A program made the translations under genes and the position numbers. The notes beneath the pieces were generated by a model. It was not told the DNA's origin, ran no database searches, and worked only from the letters and a program-made list of their open reading frames with translations. Shown here piece by piece: positions 1-9,645 of a DNA stretch of 57,496 bases. The stretch comes from Candidatus Aminicenantes bacterium (GTDB lineage Bacteria; Acidobacteriota; Aminicenantia; Aminicenantales; UBA4085): contig JAUYDS010000122.1 of NCBI GenBank assembly GCA_030691735.1, forward strand, positions 1 through 57,496, read 5' to 3'. The stretch's first letter is position 1. Each line of letters opens with the position of its first letter.

Positions 1-51
1 AGGGAATCCAATATCACGGCCCGCTCACGCGGCGAAAAAATATCAATAATC

Positions 52-123
52 GGGGACACATACTTTGGGGACACATCCTTTTCCGGGGAAGCAGACCGAT
101 GTGTCCCCAAAGTATGTGTCCCC
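52..123. repeat. Perfect 26-bp inverted repeat with 20-nt loop (REP/MITE-like GGGGACACAT element)
   Basis: GGGGACACATACTTTGGGGACACATC (52-77) is the exact reverse complement of 98-123; each arm contains two GGGGACACAT units. Confidence 0.85.
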
Positions 124-319
124 ATGACGGCTCCCGCGATCGCCCTCAAGTTCGCTCCGAAGTCGAAATGGAAACAGCGGCGCCCGCGAAGCCCGCGGCT
201 TTCCAGCAGCTCCCCGAGCGGCGTCTTCCCGATTCCCGGCGGCCCGACGAGGAGGACGGCTTTTTTCTTCCGCATGTAAATATGATACATTATGACCATC
301 TTCAAAATCGAGGGAAGGA

Positions 320-769
320 ATGAACATCGGAAGCATGACTCTGAGGCTGCTCCTGGCCGTCGTTCTCGGCGGGATCATCGGGATCGAGCGGGAAACAAGC
401 CATAAGCCGGCCGGCCTCAGGACGAACATCCTGATCTGCGTCAGCTCGGCGATGATGATGATCCTGGCCGAGCTTTTTTCCGGGAAGGACGGCGGCGGAC
501 AGGAGGCCATGAGGGTCGCGGCCGGCGTCATCACCGGCGTCGGCTTTCTCGGGGCGGGCGCGATCATCCAAGCCCGCGGTACGGTCCACGGCCTGACGAC
601 GGCCTCGGTCATCTGGGCGGTGGCGGGACTGGGACTCGCGGTCGGAGCCGGTTATTACCTGATCTCCATCGTCTTCACGGTGATGGTCGTCCTGATCCTG
701 GTCCTTCTGCGGAAGATCGATCAGATCCTACTCAAAAGATTCGAGAAGAATCATCCCTCGGTCCACTGA
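320..769 (+). CDS. MgtC/SapB family membrane protein
   Basis: GIERE..KPAGLRTNIL, RVAAGVITGVGFLGAGAI and GLTTASVIW motifs; SD-like GAAGGA upstream. Confidence 0.92.
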   Translation: MNIGSMTLRLLLAVVLGGIIGIERETSHKPAGLRTNILICVSSAMMMILAELFSGKDGGGQEAMRVAAGVITGVGFLGAGAIIQARGTVHGLTTASVIWAVAGLGLAVGAGYYLISIVFTVMVVLILVLLRKIDQILLKRFEKNHPSVH

Positions 770-823
770 CCGCCCGCGCATAGAAAAATCCGCCGAAATC
801 CCCTATAATGAACAGCCCATCCA

Positions 824-1891
824 ATGAAGAAAAGGCTGTTCGTCCTCGTCTTTCCGGCCCTTCTCGCGGGGCTTGCCTCGCCGTCCGTCTTGAGCACCGC
901 ACAGTCCGGCGACCTGACGGTCAAAGACAGCCTTGACCGGACGGTCGTCATTCCGGCCAAGGTCAAGCGCATCGTCTCGATCCAGTCCGAGATCACGCGC
1001 CTCATCGTCGCCCTGGGCGCGGGCGACGACCTCGTCGGCATCGATTACACGATGCGACTCCACGACCACCTGTTCAAGCACATTTACCCCGAAGAATCGC
1101 GCCTTCCCCTCGTTTCCATGGCCGAGAACAACGTCAACCTGGAAACGGTCGTCAGCTTGAAGCCCGACATCATCTTCGCCTCGCCTTTCGAACGGCAGAT
1201 CGTCGACGCCATTCAGCGGAAGACGAGGATCCCCGTGGTCGCCCTGGCCTCTCTCGGGGACGTCTCGAAACTCGCCGATGAAATGAGGCTCGTCGGGAGG
1301 ATCCTCGGCCGGGAACGGCGCGCCGAGGAGCTCTCCGCCTATTTCACGGGCGCCGTCGGCCTTGTCCGGGAACGCCTGAAAGACGTGCCCCGCGACAAAA
1401 GGCCCCGCGTGTACATGTCCTTTTGGGGTTTCCTGACGCGAACGCCGATCCATTATGATCCGGTCGAGATCGCCGCGGGCCTCAACCTGGCCGAAAAGAT
1501 CATCCCCGACGTCCTCGGTTCCGTCGGGACCATGGTCAAGATCGAACAAATCATCCTCTGGGACCCGGACCTGATCCTGGTCCACGGCAATTACCTCCCC
1601 AAAGAACGGACCGTGACCGTCGAGAGCGTCCTCAAGGATTCGCGGCTGGCCTCTTTGAGCTCGGTCCGATCCAAGAGGGTTTTTTATACCTTCGGATTCT
1701 GGAACTGGTGGGACATAGCCGAGGTCCTGCTCGAAACCGAGTACCTGGCTCACCTGTTCCATCCGGACAGATTCCCCGAATTCGACCTCGGTCGGCGAGG
1801 CGACGCTATTTACAAAAAATTCTATGGATTGGACGACGGCTTCGCCAAGCTCTCGGCGATCCTTCGCTGCGATGAGTGGGTCCATGACTAA
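824..1891 (+). CDS. ABC transporter substrate-binding protein (iron-siderophore/cobalamin class)
   Basis: Signal peptide, VKDSLDRTVVIP..KRIVS, NLETVVSLKPDII, EQIILWDPDLI; first gene of permease/ATPase operon. Confidence 0.9.
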   Translation: MKKRLFVLVFPALLAGLASPSVLSTAQSGDLTVKDSLDRTVVIPAKVKRIVSIQSEITRLIVALGAGDDLVGIDYTMRLHDHLFKHIYPEESRLPLVSMAENNVNLETVVSLKPDIIFASPFERQIVDAIQRKTRIPVVALASLGDVSKLADEMRLVGRILGRERRAEELSAYFTGAVGLVRERLKDVPRDKRPRVYMSFWGFLTRTPIHYDPVEIAAGLNLAEKIIPDVLGSVGTMVKIEQIILWDPDLILVHGNYLPKERTVTVESVLKDSRLASLSSVRSKRVFYTFGFWNWWDIAEVLLETEYLAHLFHPDRFPEFDLGRRGDAIYKKFYGLDDGFAKLSAILRCDEWVHD

Positions 1892-2894
1892 AAAACAGCG
1901 CGCGCTCGGCCTGCTCATCGTTCTTTTTCCGTTCGTCGCTTTTTTCGTTTCCCTGTCCATCGGCGTCGTCCATATTCCTCTCGACGGCGTGCTCAAGTCC
2001 CTCCTCTCGCCTATCTTCCCTTCGCTGAAACAGGGCCTGCCCGAAAATTATCTCGGCATCGTCCTCGGCGTCCGCCTTCCCCGCCTGCTGCTGGCCCTGT
2101 TGGCCGGCGCCGGCCTGTCCGTCTCCGGCGCGTCGCTTCAGGCATTGTCCAAGAACCCGCTCGTCAACGAATACATCCTGGGCATCTCTTCGGGCGCGGC
2201 CTTCGGGGCTTCGCTCTCGATCGTCATTTTCCGTCAGAGCTTCCCGCCCCAGATCTCGGCCTTCGTCTTCGCCGTCGCCGCCGTCATGATCGTCCTGCTC
2301 ATCTCCAGGAACTCGGATTCGCCCATCGTCTCGCTTCTTTTGACCGGGATCATCGTCTCGGCCTTCTTTTCGGCGCTCCTCTCCCTCGTCGAATTCTTCG
2401 CCAGCCCTTACGCCCTCCAGGGCTTGTTCTACTGGCTCATGGGCAACCTCGGCTGGCCCGGCTGGGGAGCCCTCTCGATCTCCCTTCCGCTGACGGCGGT
2501 CGGGACCGCCGGGCTGATCCTCATGCGCTGGCGGATGAACGTCCTGTCCATGAGCGACGAAGAAGCCCGCTCCCTGGGCGTCAACATCCGCCGGGAGAAG
2601 CTCATGGTCATTTTTCTGGCGACGCTGGTCACGGCGGCCGTCACCTCCGTGGCCGGAATCATCGGCTGGGTCGGCCTGATCGTGCCGCACCTGGTCCGGA
2701 TGATGGTCGGCGTGGACAACCGCCGCGTCGTGCCCTTGTCGGCGGCGATGGGCGCCGGCTATCTGATCCTGGCCGACGATCTGGCCCGCGGCCTGGCCTC
2801 GTCGTTCGAAATCCCCGTGGGCATCTTCACCAGCCTCATCGGGATCCCCTTCTTCATCCTTCTCCTCAGGAAGTCCAAAAGGATCTGGCTGTGA
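1884..2894 (+). CDS. FecCD/BtuC-family ABC permease
   Basis: RLPRLLLA..GAGLSVSGASLQ..NPL, EEARSLGVN, GIIGWVGLIVPHLVR; ATG at 1884 overlaps the upstream stop. Confidence 0.92.
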   Translation: MTKKQRALGLLIVLFPFVAFFVSLSIGVVHIPLDGVLKSLLSPIFPSLKQGLPENYLGIVLGVRLPRLLLALLAGAGLSVSGASLQALSKNPLVNEYILGISSGAAFGASLSIVIFRQSFPPQISAFVFAVAAVMIVLLISRNSDSPIVSLLLTGIIVSAFFSALLSLVEFFASPYALQGLFYWLMGNLGWPGWGALSISLPLTAVGTAGLILMRWRMNVLSMSDEEARSLGVNIRREKLMVIFLATLVTAAVTSVAGIIGWVGLIVPHLVRMMVGVDNRRVVPLSAAMGAGYLILADDLARGLASSFEIPVGIFTSLIGIPFFILLLRKSKRIWL

Positions 2895-3649
2895 GCATCT
2901 GGGTCAAGGACCTGCGCTTCGACTACCGGAACTTCTCGCTCCATATCCAAAACCTCCGCTTCGAAGCGGCCAAATTGACCTCGATCGTCGGCCCCAACGG
3001 AGCGGGCAAAACGACCCTGCTCAAATGCCTCTGCGCCATCCTGCCCATCGCCAGAGACTCGCTCTTCCTCGATCGGCGGGACATCGCCCTTCTCTCGGCA
3101 GAAGAGCGGGCCCGTCTCATCGCCTACGTACCGCAGGAGCACAGCTCCGCTTTCAATTACGCCGTCCAGGATTTCGTCCTGATGGGCCGGGCGGCCTACG
3201 TTTCCCTCTTTTCCACGCCTTCCGCCGCCGACGTCGAGATCGCCCTCGAGGCGCTCGAATACGTCGGGCTGCGCCGCTACGCCGCCCGTCCCTACTTCGA
3301 GCTCAGCAGCGGCGAGCGGCGGCTGGTCCTCATCGCCCGGGCCCTGGCCCAGAAGTCGGACATCCTCATTCTGGATGAGCCCACCTCGTTCCTCGACCCG
3401 AAGCACGAGACCGAGCTTATGGATCTTGCCCGAAGACTGGCCGTGGAGAAGAAGAAGACGGTCCTGGTAACCCTCCACAACCTCGACATGGCCGTCAAAT
3501 ATTCGGACGTCATAGTCTTCATGAAGAAAGGCGGGGTGGTGGCCGGCGGAAGCCCGGATGACATCCTGACCGAGCCCTTGCTCGAGTCGGTCTATGAGAT
3601 CAAAATGAACATCCTCCGCCATGACGGGCGGAAATTCATCGTCAAGTGA
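2891..3649 (+). CDS. ABC transporter ATP-binding protein (FecE/BtuD class)
   Basis: Walker A GPNGAGKT, LSSGE signature, ILDEPT Walker B; GTGA overlap with permease. Confidence 0.93.
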   Translation: MSIWVKDLRFDYRNFSLHIQNLRFEAAKLTSIVGPNGAGKTTLLKCLCAILPIARDSLFLDRRDIALLSAEERARLIAYVPQEHSSAFNYAVQDFVLMGRAAYVSLFSTPSAADVEIALEALEYVGLRRYAARPYFELSSGERRLVLIARALAQKSDILILDEPTSFLDPKHETELMDLARRLAVEKKKTVLVTLHNLDMAVKYSDVIVFMKKGGVVAGGSPDDILTEPLLESVYEIKMNILRHDGRKFIVK

Positions 3650-3763
3650 CCCTATGGGTCGGATAGCCTCCGCCCTGCTTTTATGCTAAAATACCGCCGT
3701 TAAAAGTTCCGATTTTCCGGGAGCGGGACAATAGTATATAATCATGATAGGAATGGTAGGGAA

Positions 3764-5542
3764 ATGAAGATCCGCTATCTCAACGGAAGCCGGTTGTACT
3801 TCGCCGTCCTGGCCGGCGGCAACGCGGTCATCGAAGACCAGTCCTATCTGAATAAGATCAACGTCTTTCCCGTCCCCGACGCAGACACGGGGACCAACCT
3901 GGCCTCGACCATGCGGGCCATCGCCGACGGAGCGGAAGCCCATCGCTCGATCAAGGCCACCCTGAAATCCATCGCCAACGCCGCCCTGAGCGGAGCCCAG
4001 GGCAACTCCGGCCTTATCTTCGCCCAGTTCATCCACGGCCTGAGCAAGGAAATCAGCCACGAATCCAAGTTGACGACCCATGCCTTCGCCGAGTCCGTCA
4101 AACGGGCCGTCCAATACGCCCACAAGGCGATCGTCCACCCCGTCGAGGGGACGATGATCACGGTCATCCGGGACTGGGCCGAGGCGGTCTACGAGCGGAG
4201 GAGCCAGACCTCGGACTTCGTCGAGCTCATGACCGACTCCCTCCACGCAGCCAGGAATTCGCTCACGGAAACCACGCAGAAACTCCAGGTCCTGGCCCGG
4301 GCCGGCGTCGTCGACGCGGGAGCCAAGGGCTTCGTCGATTTCCTCGAAGGAATCCTCCATTACATCAAGAAAGGCAAGTTCGCCCGGCCCCAGAAAGCGG
4401 AGATCTTTTGGGCCCAGGAAGAGATCAAGACGCCGTTCAAAGATAAATCCTTGGAATTTCGCTACTGCTCCGAGGCCCTTCTGACGGGCTCGGACCTCGA
4501 TCCCGATGCGATCCGATCGGTCGTCCAGCGCTTCGGCGAATCGGTCGTGGTGGCCGGTTCCGAAGAGCGAGTCCGGATCCACGTCCATACCAACCGTCCG
4601 GCCGAACTGTTCTTCGAGCTCAAGGATCATGGCCTCATGTCCCAGATCAAGGTCGACGACATGCGCCGCCAGTATGAGGCGGTCCATCAAAGAAAGGCCA
4701 AGATCGCCATCGTCACCGATTCCGCTTGCGATCTCCCTCCCGAGGTTCTGGACGAACGCCAGATCCACGTCATCCCGCTGACCCTGTCTTTCGGCGACCA
4801 GCAGTTCCTGGACAAGGTAACGATCCGGCCGGACCAATTCTACAGTTTGCTCGAAACGAGCCCGGTCCACCCCAAGACCGCCGTTCCGCCCGTGATGACG
4901 GCCCAGAACCTGTTCTCATTTCTGGCCAGCCATTACGATTCGATCATCGCCATCATCCTCTCCGACAAGCTCAGCGGCGTGCACAACATGTGTCTCAAGG
5001 CCGCCGCTCAGATCGCCGGAAAAAAGATCAGCGTGATCGACTCGCGGACCATTTCGGCGCCGCTCGGCCTGCTCGTGGCGAAAGCGTCGGATATGGCCGA
5101 AGCGGGCGTTCCCCATGCCGAGATCGCCCGGACGATCGAAGCGGCGGTCCCGAAAACACAGCTTCTGGTCGATGTCGCGACGATGAAATATCTCGTCCGC
5201 AGCGGCCGGGTCAGCCCGGTCAAAGGCTGGATCGGCCGTCTGCTAAAGGTCAAGCCGATCATCACCCTCGATGAATCCGGCAAAGCCACCGAAATCGGCA
5301 AATCCTTCAGCCGGAAGGCGAACATGGCCAAGATCCTGGCCAAGGTCCGGAAGAAGGCCGCCGAACGGGGCCTCGAAGGATACGCCGTCGTCCACGCCCG
5401 GAACCCCGAACGGGCCGCTGTCTACGGAAAACGGCTCACCGAACTTCTCGGGCTGGCGCCCGCCTATATCATGGATGTCGCCCCCGTCATCGGCGTCCAC
5501 ACCGGCGTCGGCATCGTCGGCGTCGCCTTGCTGTACAAATAA
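3764..5542 (+). CDS. DAK2 (FakA-like) plus DegV (FakB-like) fusion, putative single-chain fatty acid kinase
   Basis: LNKINVFPVPDADTGTNL, GAQGNSG, PVEGTMITV, VVDAGAKG, RIHVHT, then DegV motifs IVTDSACDLP, LSDKLSG, VIDS, YLVRSGR, KVKPII, IGVHTG. Confidence 0.88.
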   Translation: MKIRYLNGSRLYFAVLAGGNAVIEDQSYLNKINVFPVPDADTGTNLASTMRAIADGAEAHRSIKATLKSIANAALSGAQGNSGLIFAQFIHGLSKEISHESKLTTHAFAESVKRAVQYAHKAIVHPVEGTMITVIRDWAEAVYERRSQTSDFVELMTDSLHAARNSLTETTQKLQVLARAGVVDAGAKGFVDFLEGILHYIKKGKFARPQKAEIFWAQEEIKTPFKDKSLEFRYCSEALLTGSDLDPDAIRSVVQRFGESVVVAGSEERVRIHVHTNRPAELFFELKDHGLMSQIKVDDMRRQYEAVHQRKAKIAIVTDSACDLPPEVLDERQIHVIPLTLSFGDQQFLDKVTIRPDQFYSLLETSPVHPKTAVPPVMTAQNLFSFLASHYDSIIAIILSDKLSGVHNMCLKAAAQIAGKKISVIDSRTISAPLGLLVAKASDMAEAGVPHAEIARTIEAAVPKTQLLVDVATMKYLVRSGRVSPVKGWIGRLLKVKPIITLDESGKATEIGKSFSRKANMAKILAKVRKKAAERGLEGYAVVHARNPERAAVYGKRLTELLGLAPAYIMDVAPVIGVHTGVGIVGVALLYK

Positions 5543-5611
5543 AAGAAGTCCCCCCTCTCTTCTTTTTTATAAAGAAGGTTCGTTGCGGGATCAAGACGCT
5601 GGAGGAATGGA

Positions 5612-7930
5612 ATGAGTCGCTGGAAGCTGCTGTTTTCGATCTTCGCCGTCACCTTTTCCACGATGCTGGTCGAAGTCCTGCTTACGCGCGTCTTCTCGGT
5701 CCTATATTTCGGGCAGTTCGCCTTCCTGATCATCTCCCTGGCCCTTTTCGGCTACGGATTAAGCGGCGTCTTTCTCGCCCTAGGTAAGCTCCCCCGGGGA
5801 GAAGACCAGACGATCCGGCTCCTGGCCCGATACCTTCTCCTGTTCGCGATCTCCCTGCCCGCGGCCTATAAAGCGACTCTTGTCCTGACCATCGACTTCC
5901 TCCACCTGTTCAATCCGGTCACCAACCTGTTGTTTCTGGTCTTCAACTGCCTTGTCCTGCTTGTCCCCTTTTTCTTCGGGGGAGTCGTCCTCGCCCTCAT
6001 CTTCTCCTTTTATTCCGAGCGGATCGGCCGGCTCTACTTCATCGACCTGGCCGGAGCCAGCCTCGGGTCCCTGGCCATCATCCCCCTCATTCCCCAACTG
6101 GGCCCAAGCCGGATCCTGATCCTCTTGTTCCTCCTCCTGGCCCTGGCCTGGGTCCTCCTCGCCCCCGGACGCCGGACCGTCCGGACCGGCATCATGACCC
6201 TCCTAGCCGTCTCCTTCGTCCTGATGTACCGCTTTGACGGGAAGGTTTTTCCCATCGTTCCCAAGCTGGTCGAATGGAAGCGCCACTACAACGCCCAGTT
6301 GGAGAACAATCGCATCGAATACAGCAAGTGGAGCACGATCGACAAGATCGATGTGGCCCCTTGGGGGGTGGGCCGCAAGGTCATCTGGATCAACGGCGGG
6401 ACGATGCAGTCGTTCATCAAGAAGTTCGACGGGAATCTGGCGGGGCTGGAGAAGATCGAGTGGGACCCGGTCGGACTGCCGTTCCAGATTGCCCGGAACG
6501 GCTCGGCGGTCATCATCGGCTCGGCCGGGGGCTACGAGGTCCTCTGCGCCCTATCCCACCGGTTCAAGCGCATCGTGGCCATCGAAATGGACCCCGTCAT
6601 CTGCGAATTGCTCAAGAACGAATACGCGGCTTACTCCGGGAACATCTTTCACCTGCCCCAGGTGAGACTGCTCGCCGACGAGGGAAGGAGCGCCCTCAAG
6701 CGGATGAAATTGAAGTTCGACGTCATCCAGATGGTCAACTCCCACAACGCCGATCTATTGCTCTCCGGCGCCCTGAGCATTGCCGAGACCTATATCTACA
6801 CCGTCGAGAGCTTCAAGGATTACTGGGACCACCTTCAACCCGACGGCCTCGTCTACATCCTCCATTGGAACGGAGAGCGGCTCTTCTCCACGGCCCTCAA
6901 AGCCCTTCAGGAAATGAGCGTCGAGCGGCCGCAGGATCGCTTCTTCGTCGTCCAGTACGCGAACGGATTCAATCATTTCTTCCTGAAGAAGGGCGACCTG
7001 ACCGCCGCCGATTACAGCGTCATGAAGGATTCCGTCGGGGAAAACGGGGAGATCGTCTATTCCCCCGACATGCGCAAGGACAACCTCTACTATGCGATGA
7101 TGAACGATCTGGAGGCGACGGTCCGGCGGTCTTCGGTCAACATCGCCCCGGTCTACGACAACTCCCCCTACTTCAACCAGCCGAACCGCATCGGCCAGCT
7201 CCGATTCAACAACATCCTGCTCCAAGGCATGGCTGAGCCCGTCGTCAAGTCCGCGCTCATCTATTCCAACTCCATTTATCTGTCCATCCTGGCCCTAGCC
7301 CTGCTCTTTTCCTTTGTTTTCATCTATCTCCCCCTCCGGCGGAGGTCGACCGGCGCCGGCGCGAAGCGGATGATCCTCTATTTCTTCTTCATCGGCCTGG
7401 CCTTCATCATGGTCGAGATCATCTTCATCAAAATCTTCCAGCTGTTCCTGGGCAGCCCGGCCATCTCCATCTCGATCATCATCTTCTCGCTCTTGGTCTC
7501 GTCCGGCCTCGGCAGCCTCTTCTCGGAGCGCCTCGGCGCGGCCCTGGGCCCGCGCAAGATCGGGATTTTCGCGGCGCTGCTGGCGGTGCTGCTTTCGCTC
7601 TACGGCCTGGGGCTGTTCTCGCTTCTCAACCGCCTCATGTTCCTCGCCTTCGCCTGGCGGATCGCCATGTCCTTCGTCCTGATCTCGCTGGCCGGCTTCT
7701 TCATGGGCTCCTTTTTCCCGGACGGCATCCGCCGCCTGGGCAAGCAGGACAAGACCATGATCGGCTGGGCCTGGGGGGCGAATTCCTTCGCCACGGTCCT
7801 GGGTTCGATCCTGGCCGTGATCGTCTCCATCAACTGGAACTTCACCGTCGTCCTGGTCCTGGCCGGAACGGCCTATCTCGCCGCGGGGCTCTGCAGCCGG
7901 ACAGCCGGCAGGACGAAGCCGGCCGGATGA
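5612..7930 (+). CDS. Polytopic membrane protein with a central spermidine-synthase-like class I SAM-binding domain
   Basis: TM bundles at both ends (RLYFIDLAGASLG; WAWGANSFATVLGS); central IIGSAGGYEV, AIEMDP, DEGRS, FDVIQ, YTVESF. Confidence 0.8.
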   Translation: MSRWKLLFSIFAVTFSTMLVEVLLTRVFSVLYFGQFAFLIISLALFGYGLSGVFLALGKLPRGEDQTIRLLARYLLLFAISLPAAYKATLVLTIDFLHLFNPVTNLLFLVFNCLVLLVPFFFGGVVLALIFSFYSERIGRLYFIDLAGASLGSLAIIPLIPQLGPSRILILLFLLLALAWVLLAPGRRTVRTGIMTLLAVSFVLMYRFDGKVFPIVPKLVEWKRHYNAQLENNRIEYSKWSTIDKIDVAPWGVGRKVIWINGGTMQSFIKKFDGNLAGLEKIEWDPVGLPFQIARNGSAVIIGSAGGYEVLCALSHRFKRIVAIEMDPVICELLKNEYAAYSGNIFHLPQVRLLADEGRSALKRMKLKFDVIQMVNSHNADLLLSGALSIAETYIYTVESFKDYWDHLQPDGLVYILHWNGERLFSTALKALQEMSVERPQDRFFVVQYANGFNHFFLKKGDLTAADYSVMKDSVGENGEIVYSPDMRKDNLYYAMMNDLEATVRRSSVNIAPVYDNSPYFNQPNRIGQLRFNNILLQGMAEPVVKSALIYSNSIYLSILALALLFSFVFIYLPLRRRSTGAGAKRMILYFFFIGLAFIMVEIIFIKIFQLFLGSPAISISIIIFSLLVSSGLGSLFSERLGAALGPRKIGIFAALLAVLLSLYGLGLFSLLNRLMFLAFAWRIAMSFVLISLAGFFMGSFFPDGIRRLGKQDKTMIGWAWGANSFATVLGSILAVIVSINWNFTVVLVLAGTAYLAAGLCSRTAGRTKPAG

Positions 7931-9543
7931 TGCCCATACGACGTCTCGACAACAACAAGCTTGCCTTGATCGGAATACTCCTGATCAGCCTTTTTCTCAA
8001 TGGGTTAGGTCTTTGGTGGGGACTGCCGAGTTATGACGGATGGGCGGTCGATGAAATCGTTCCGGCGCGGGTCCAGAACGGCATCGCCAACGGCTTTTCC
8101 CGCGGATGGAATGATAGCTACCCTCCCCTCCACTATTATCTCCTAACGCTTTCCTATTCGCCTATTTTTTTATTTCAACAATTTCACCCGCTGACCGAAG
8201 ATGATCTCAATACGGCCTTATTTTATATGGGACGGATCCTCAGCGCTCTGATGGGTGCAGGAATCGTCCTGCTGGTGTATTTATGCGGACGGGAAATTTA
8301 TGATGAACTCTCGGCGTTGATCGCCGGCGGCTTAACGATGGGCATTGCGCCGTTCGTTTATTATGCCAAAACCGCCAATGTCGATGTTCCCTATGTGTTC
8401 TGGGTCATCTGTTCGCTTTTTTTCTATATCCGCATCCTTAAAAATCATCGTCTTCGGGATTATCTATGGTTCGCCGCGACAGCGACACTGGCGGTCTGCA
8501 CGAAAGATCAAGCCTACGGATTCTATGTTCTTGCGCCCCTCCCGATTCTCTGGTCGCGCTACGCCTTCGAAAAACGCCGGAATGATGCGGCCTCTTGGAT
8601 CGCGACGCTGATCAACCGGAAGAACCTTGCCGCTCTCGGCGCCGGGGCGCTCGTCTTCATCCTGACGCAGAATCTTCTCTTCAACTGGGACGGTTTTATC
8701 GCCCATTTCAAGTTTATTGCCGGCCCGGCTCAAATCTACTCCAACTACACACATACCGTCGCCGGTCATGCCAGCATGACATGGCAAAGCGTCAAACATC
8801 TCTTATTTTCGTTCGGATGGCCAAGCTTCCTTCTCTGTTGCGCGGGCCTAGGATATGCGCTTCTCCAACAGAAAAAGAATTATCTCCTGCTCGCCCTTCT
8901 GATTCCGGTGATTTCGTACGATATTTTCTTTATCAACGTCATCCTCCATGACTTTGATCGCTACTTTCTTGCCATTTGCATTATCTTCACGTTTTTCGGA
9001 GGAAAATTCGGAGCGGATATTCTCCGATCTCGTCATATCGGAAGGCTTGTCGGTCTCGCGCTTCTCAGCGTCACCGGCGTTTATAGCGTCTGGTATGCCC
9101 TATCCGTGGATCTCGCCATGGTCAATGACTCGCGGTATCACGTCGAAGCCTGGATAAAAGAGAACCTCCCCCCTCAAGCCTCGATTGCCCTGGCCGACGA
9201 TCGCGTCTTTCTTCCGAGAGATTATCTTTGGGACTGCCAAAATTGTTTTTATCCGTCTCGAATGATTTCCATGGAAAAACTTAAACGCTTGAACCCCGAT
9301 TATCTTGTCATCAACGCAGACCTGCAAACAAGAATGAATTCCGAGTTCTACGGCGAATTGCGGCGCGAGTCTTCCCCTTATGCGCGGATCCTCGGCTATC
9401 GTTGGCGCTCAAAATATCTTTTGCTTGATCGGGATGATATCTACAAAAACGGAAAAAGAATGATTGTCACCAACCTTGACAAGATCAATCCGCAAATAGA
9501 AATCTTTCAACGCAAGCCTTTGAGGAGATCCCCCCAAAATTAA
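7927..9543 (+). CDS. GT-C fold glycosyltransferase (ArnT/PMT, GT39/GT83-like)
   Basis: First-loop WAVDE and YPPLHYY, GRILSALMG, multiple TM helices, DRYFL; ATGA overlap with upstream gene. Confidence 0.82.
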   Translation: MMPIRRLDNNKLALIGILLISLFLNGLGLWWGLPSYDGWAVDEIVPARVQNGIANGFSRGWNDSYPPLHYYLLTLSYSPIFLFQQFHPLTEDDLNTALFYMGRILSALMGAGIVLLVYLCGREIYDELSALIAGGLTMGIAPFVYYAKTANVDVPYVFWVICSLFFYIRILKNHRLRDYLWFAATATLAVCTKDQAYGFYVLAPLPILWSRYAFEKRRNDAASWIATLINRKNLAALGAGALVFILTQNLLFNWDGFIAHFKFIAGPAQIYSNYTHTVAGHASMTWQSVKHLLFSFGWPSFLLCCAGLGYALLQQKKNYLLLALLIPVISYDIFFINVILHDFDRYFLAICIIFTFFGGKFGADILRSRHIGRLVGLALLSVTGVYSVWYALSVDLAMVNDSRYHVEAWIKENLPPQASIALADDRVFLPRDYLWDCQNCFYPSRMISMEKLKRLNPDYLVINADLQTRMNSEFYGELRRESSPYARILGYRWRSKYLLLDRDDIYKNGKRMIVTNLDKINPQIEIFQRKPLRRSPQN

Positions 9544-9645
9544 GGGGAGAAGAGCCGTCGCCGGCCGGTGAGTGCGCGACGCTTCGTCCGCAGGTTGAAA
9601 TAGACCATGGCGACGCAGGCCGCGGCCGGAAAAAAGAATCCGCGA

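Noticed and set aside
770-823. Cobalamin riboswitch or Fur box before the ABC operon
   Set aside because: The 54-bp spacer is too short for a riboswitch and shows no convincing operator; substrate left unassigned
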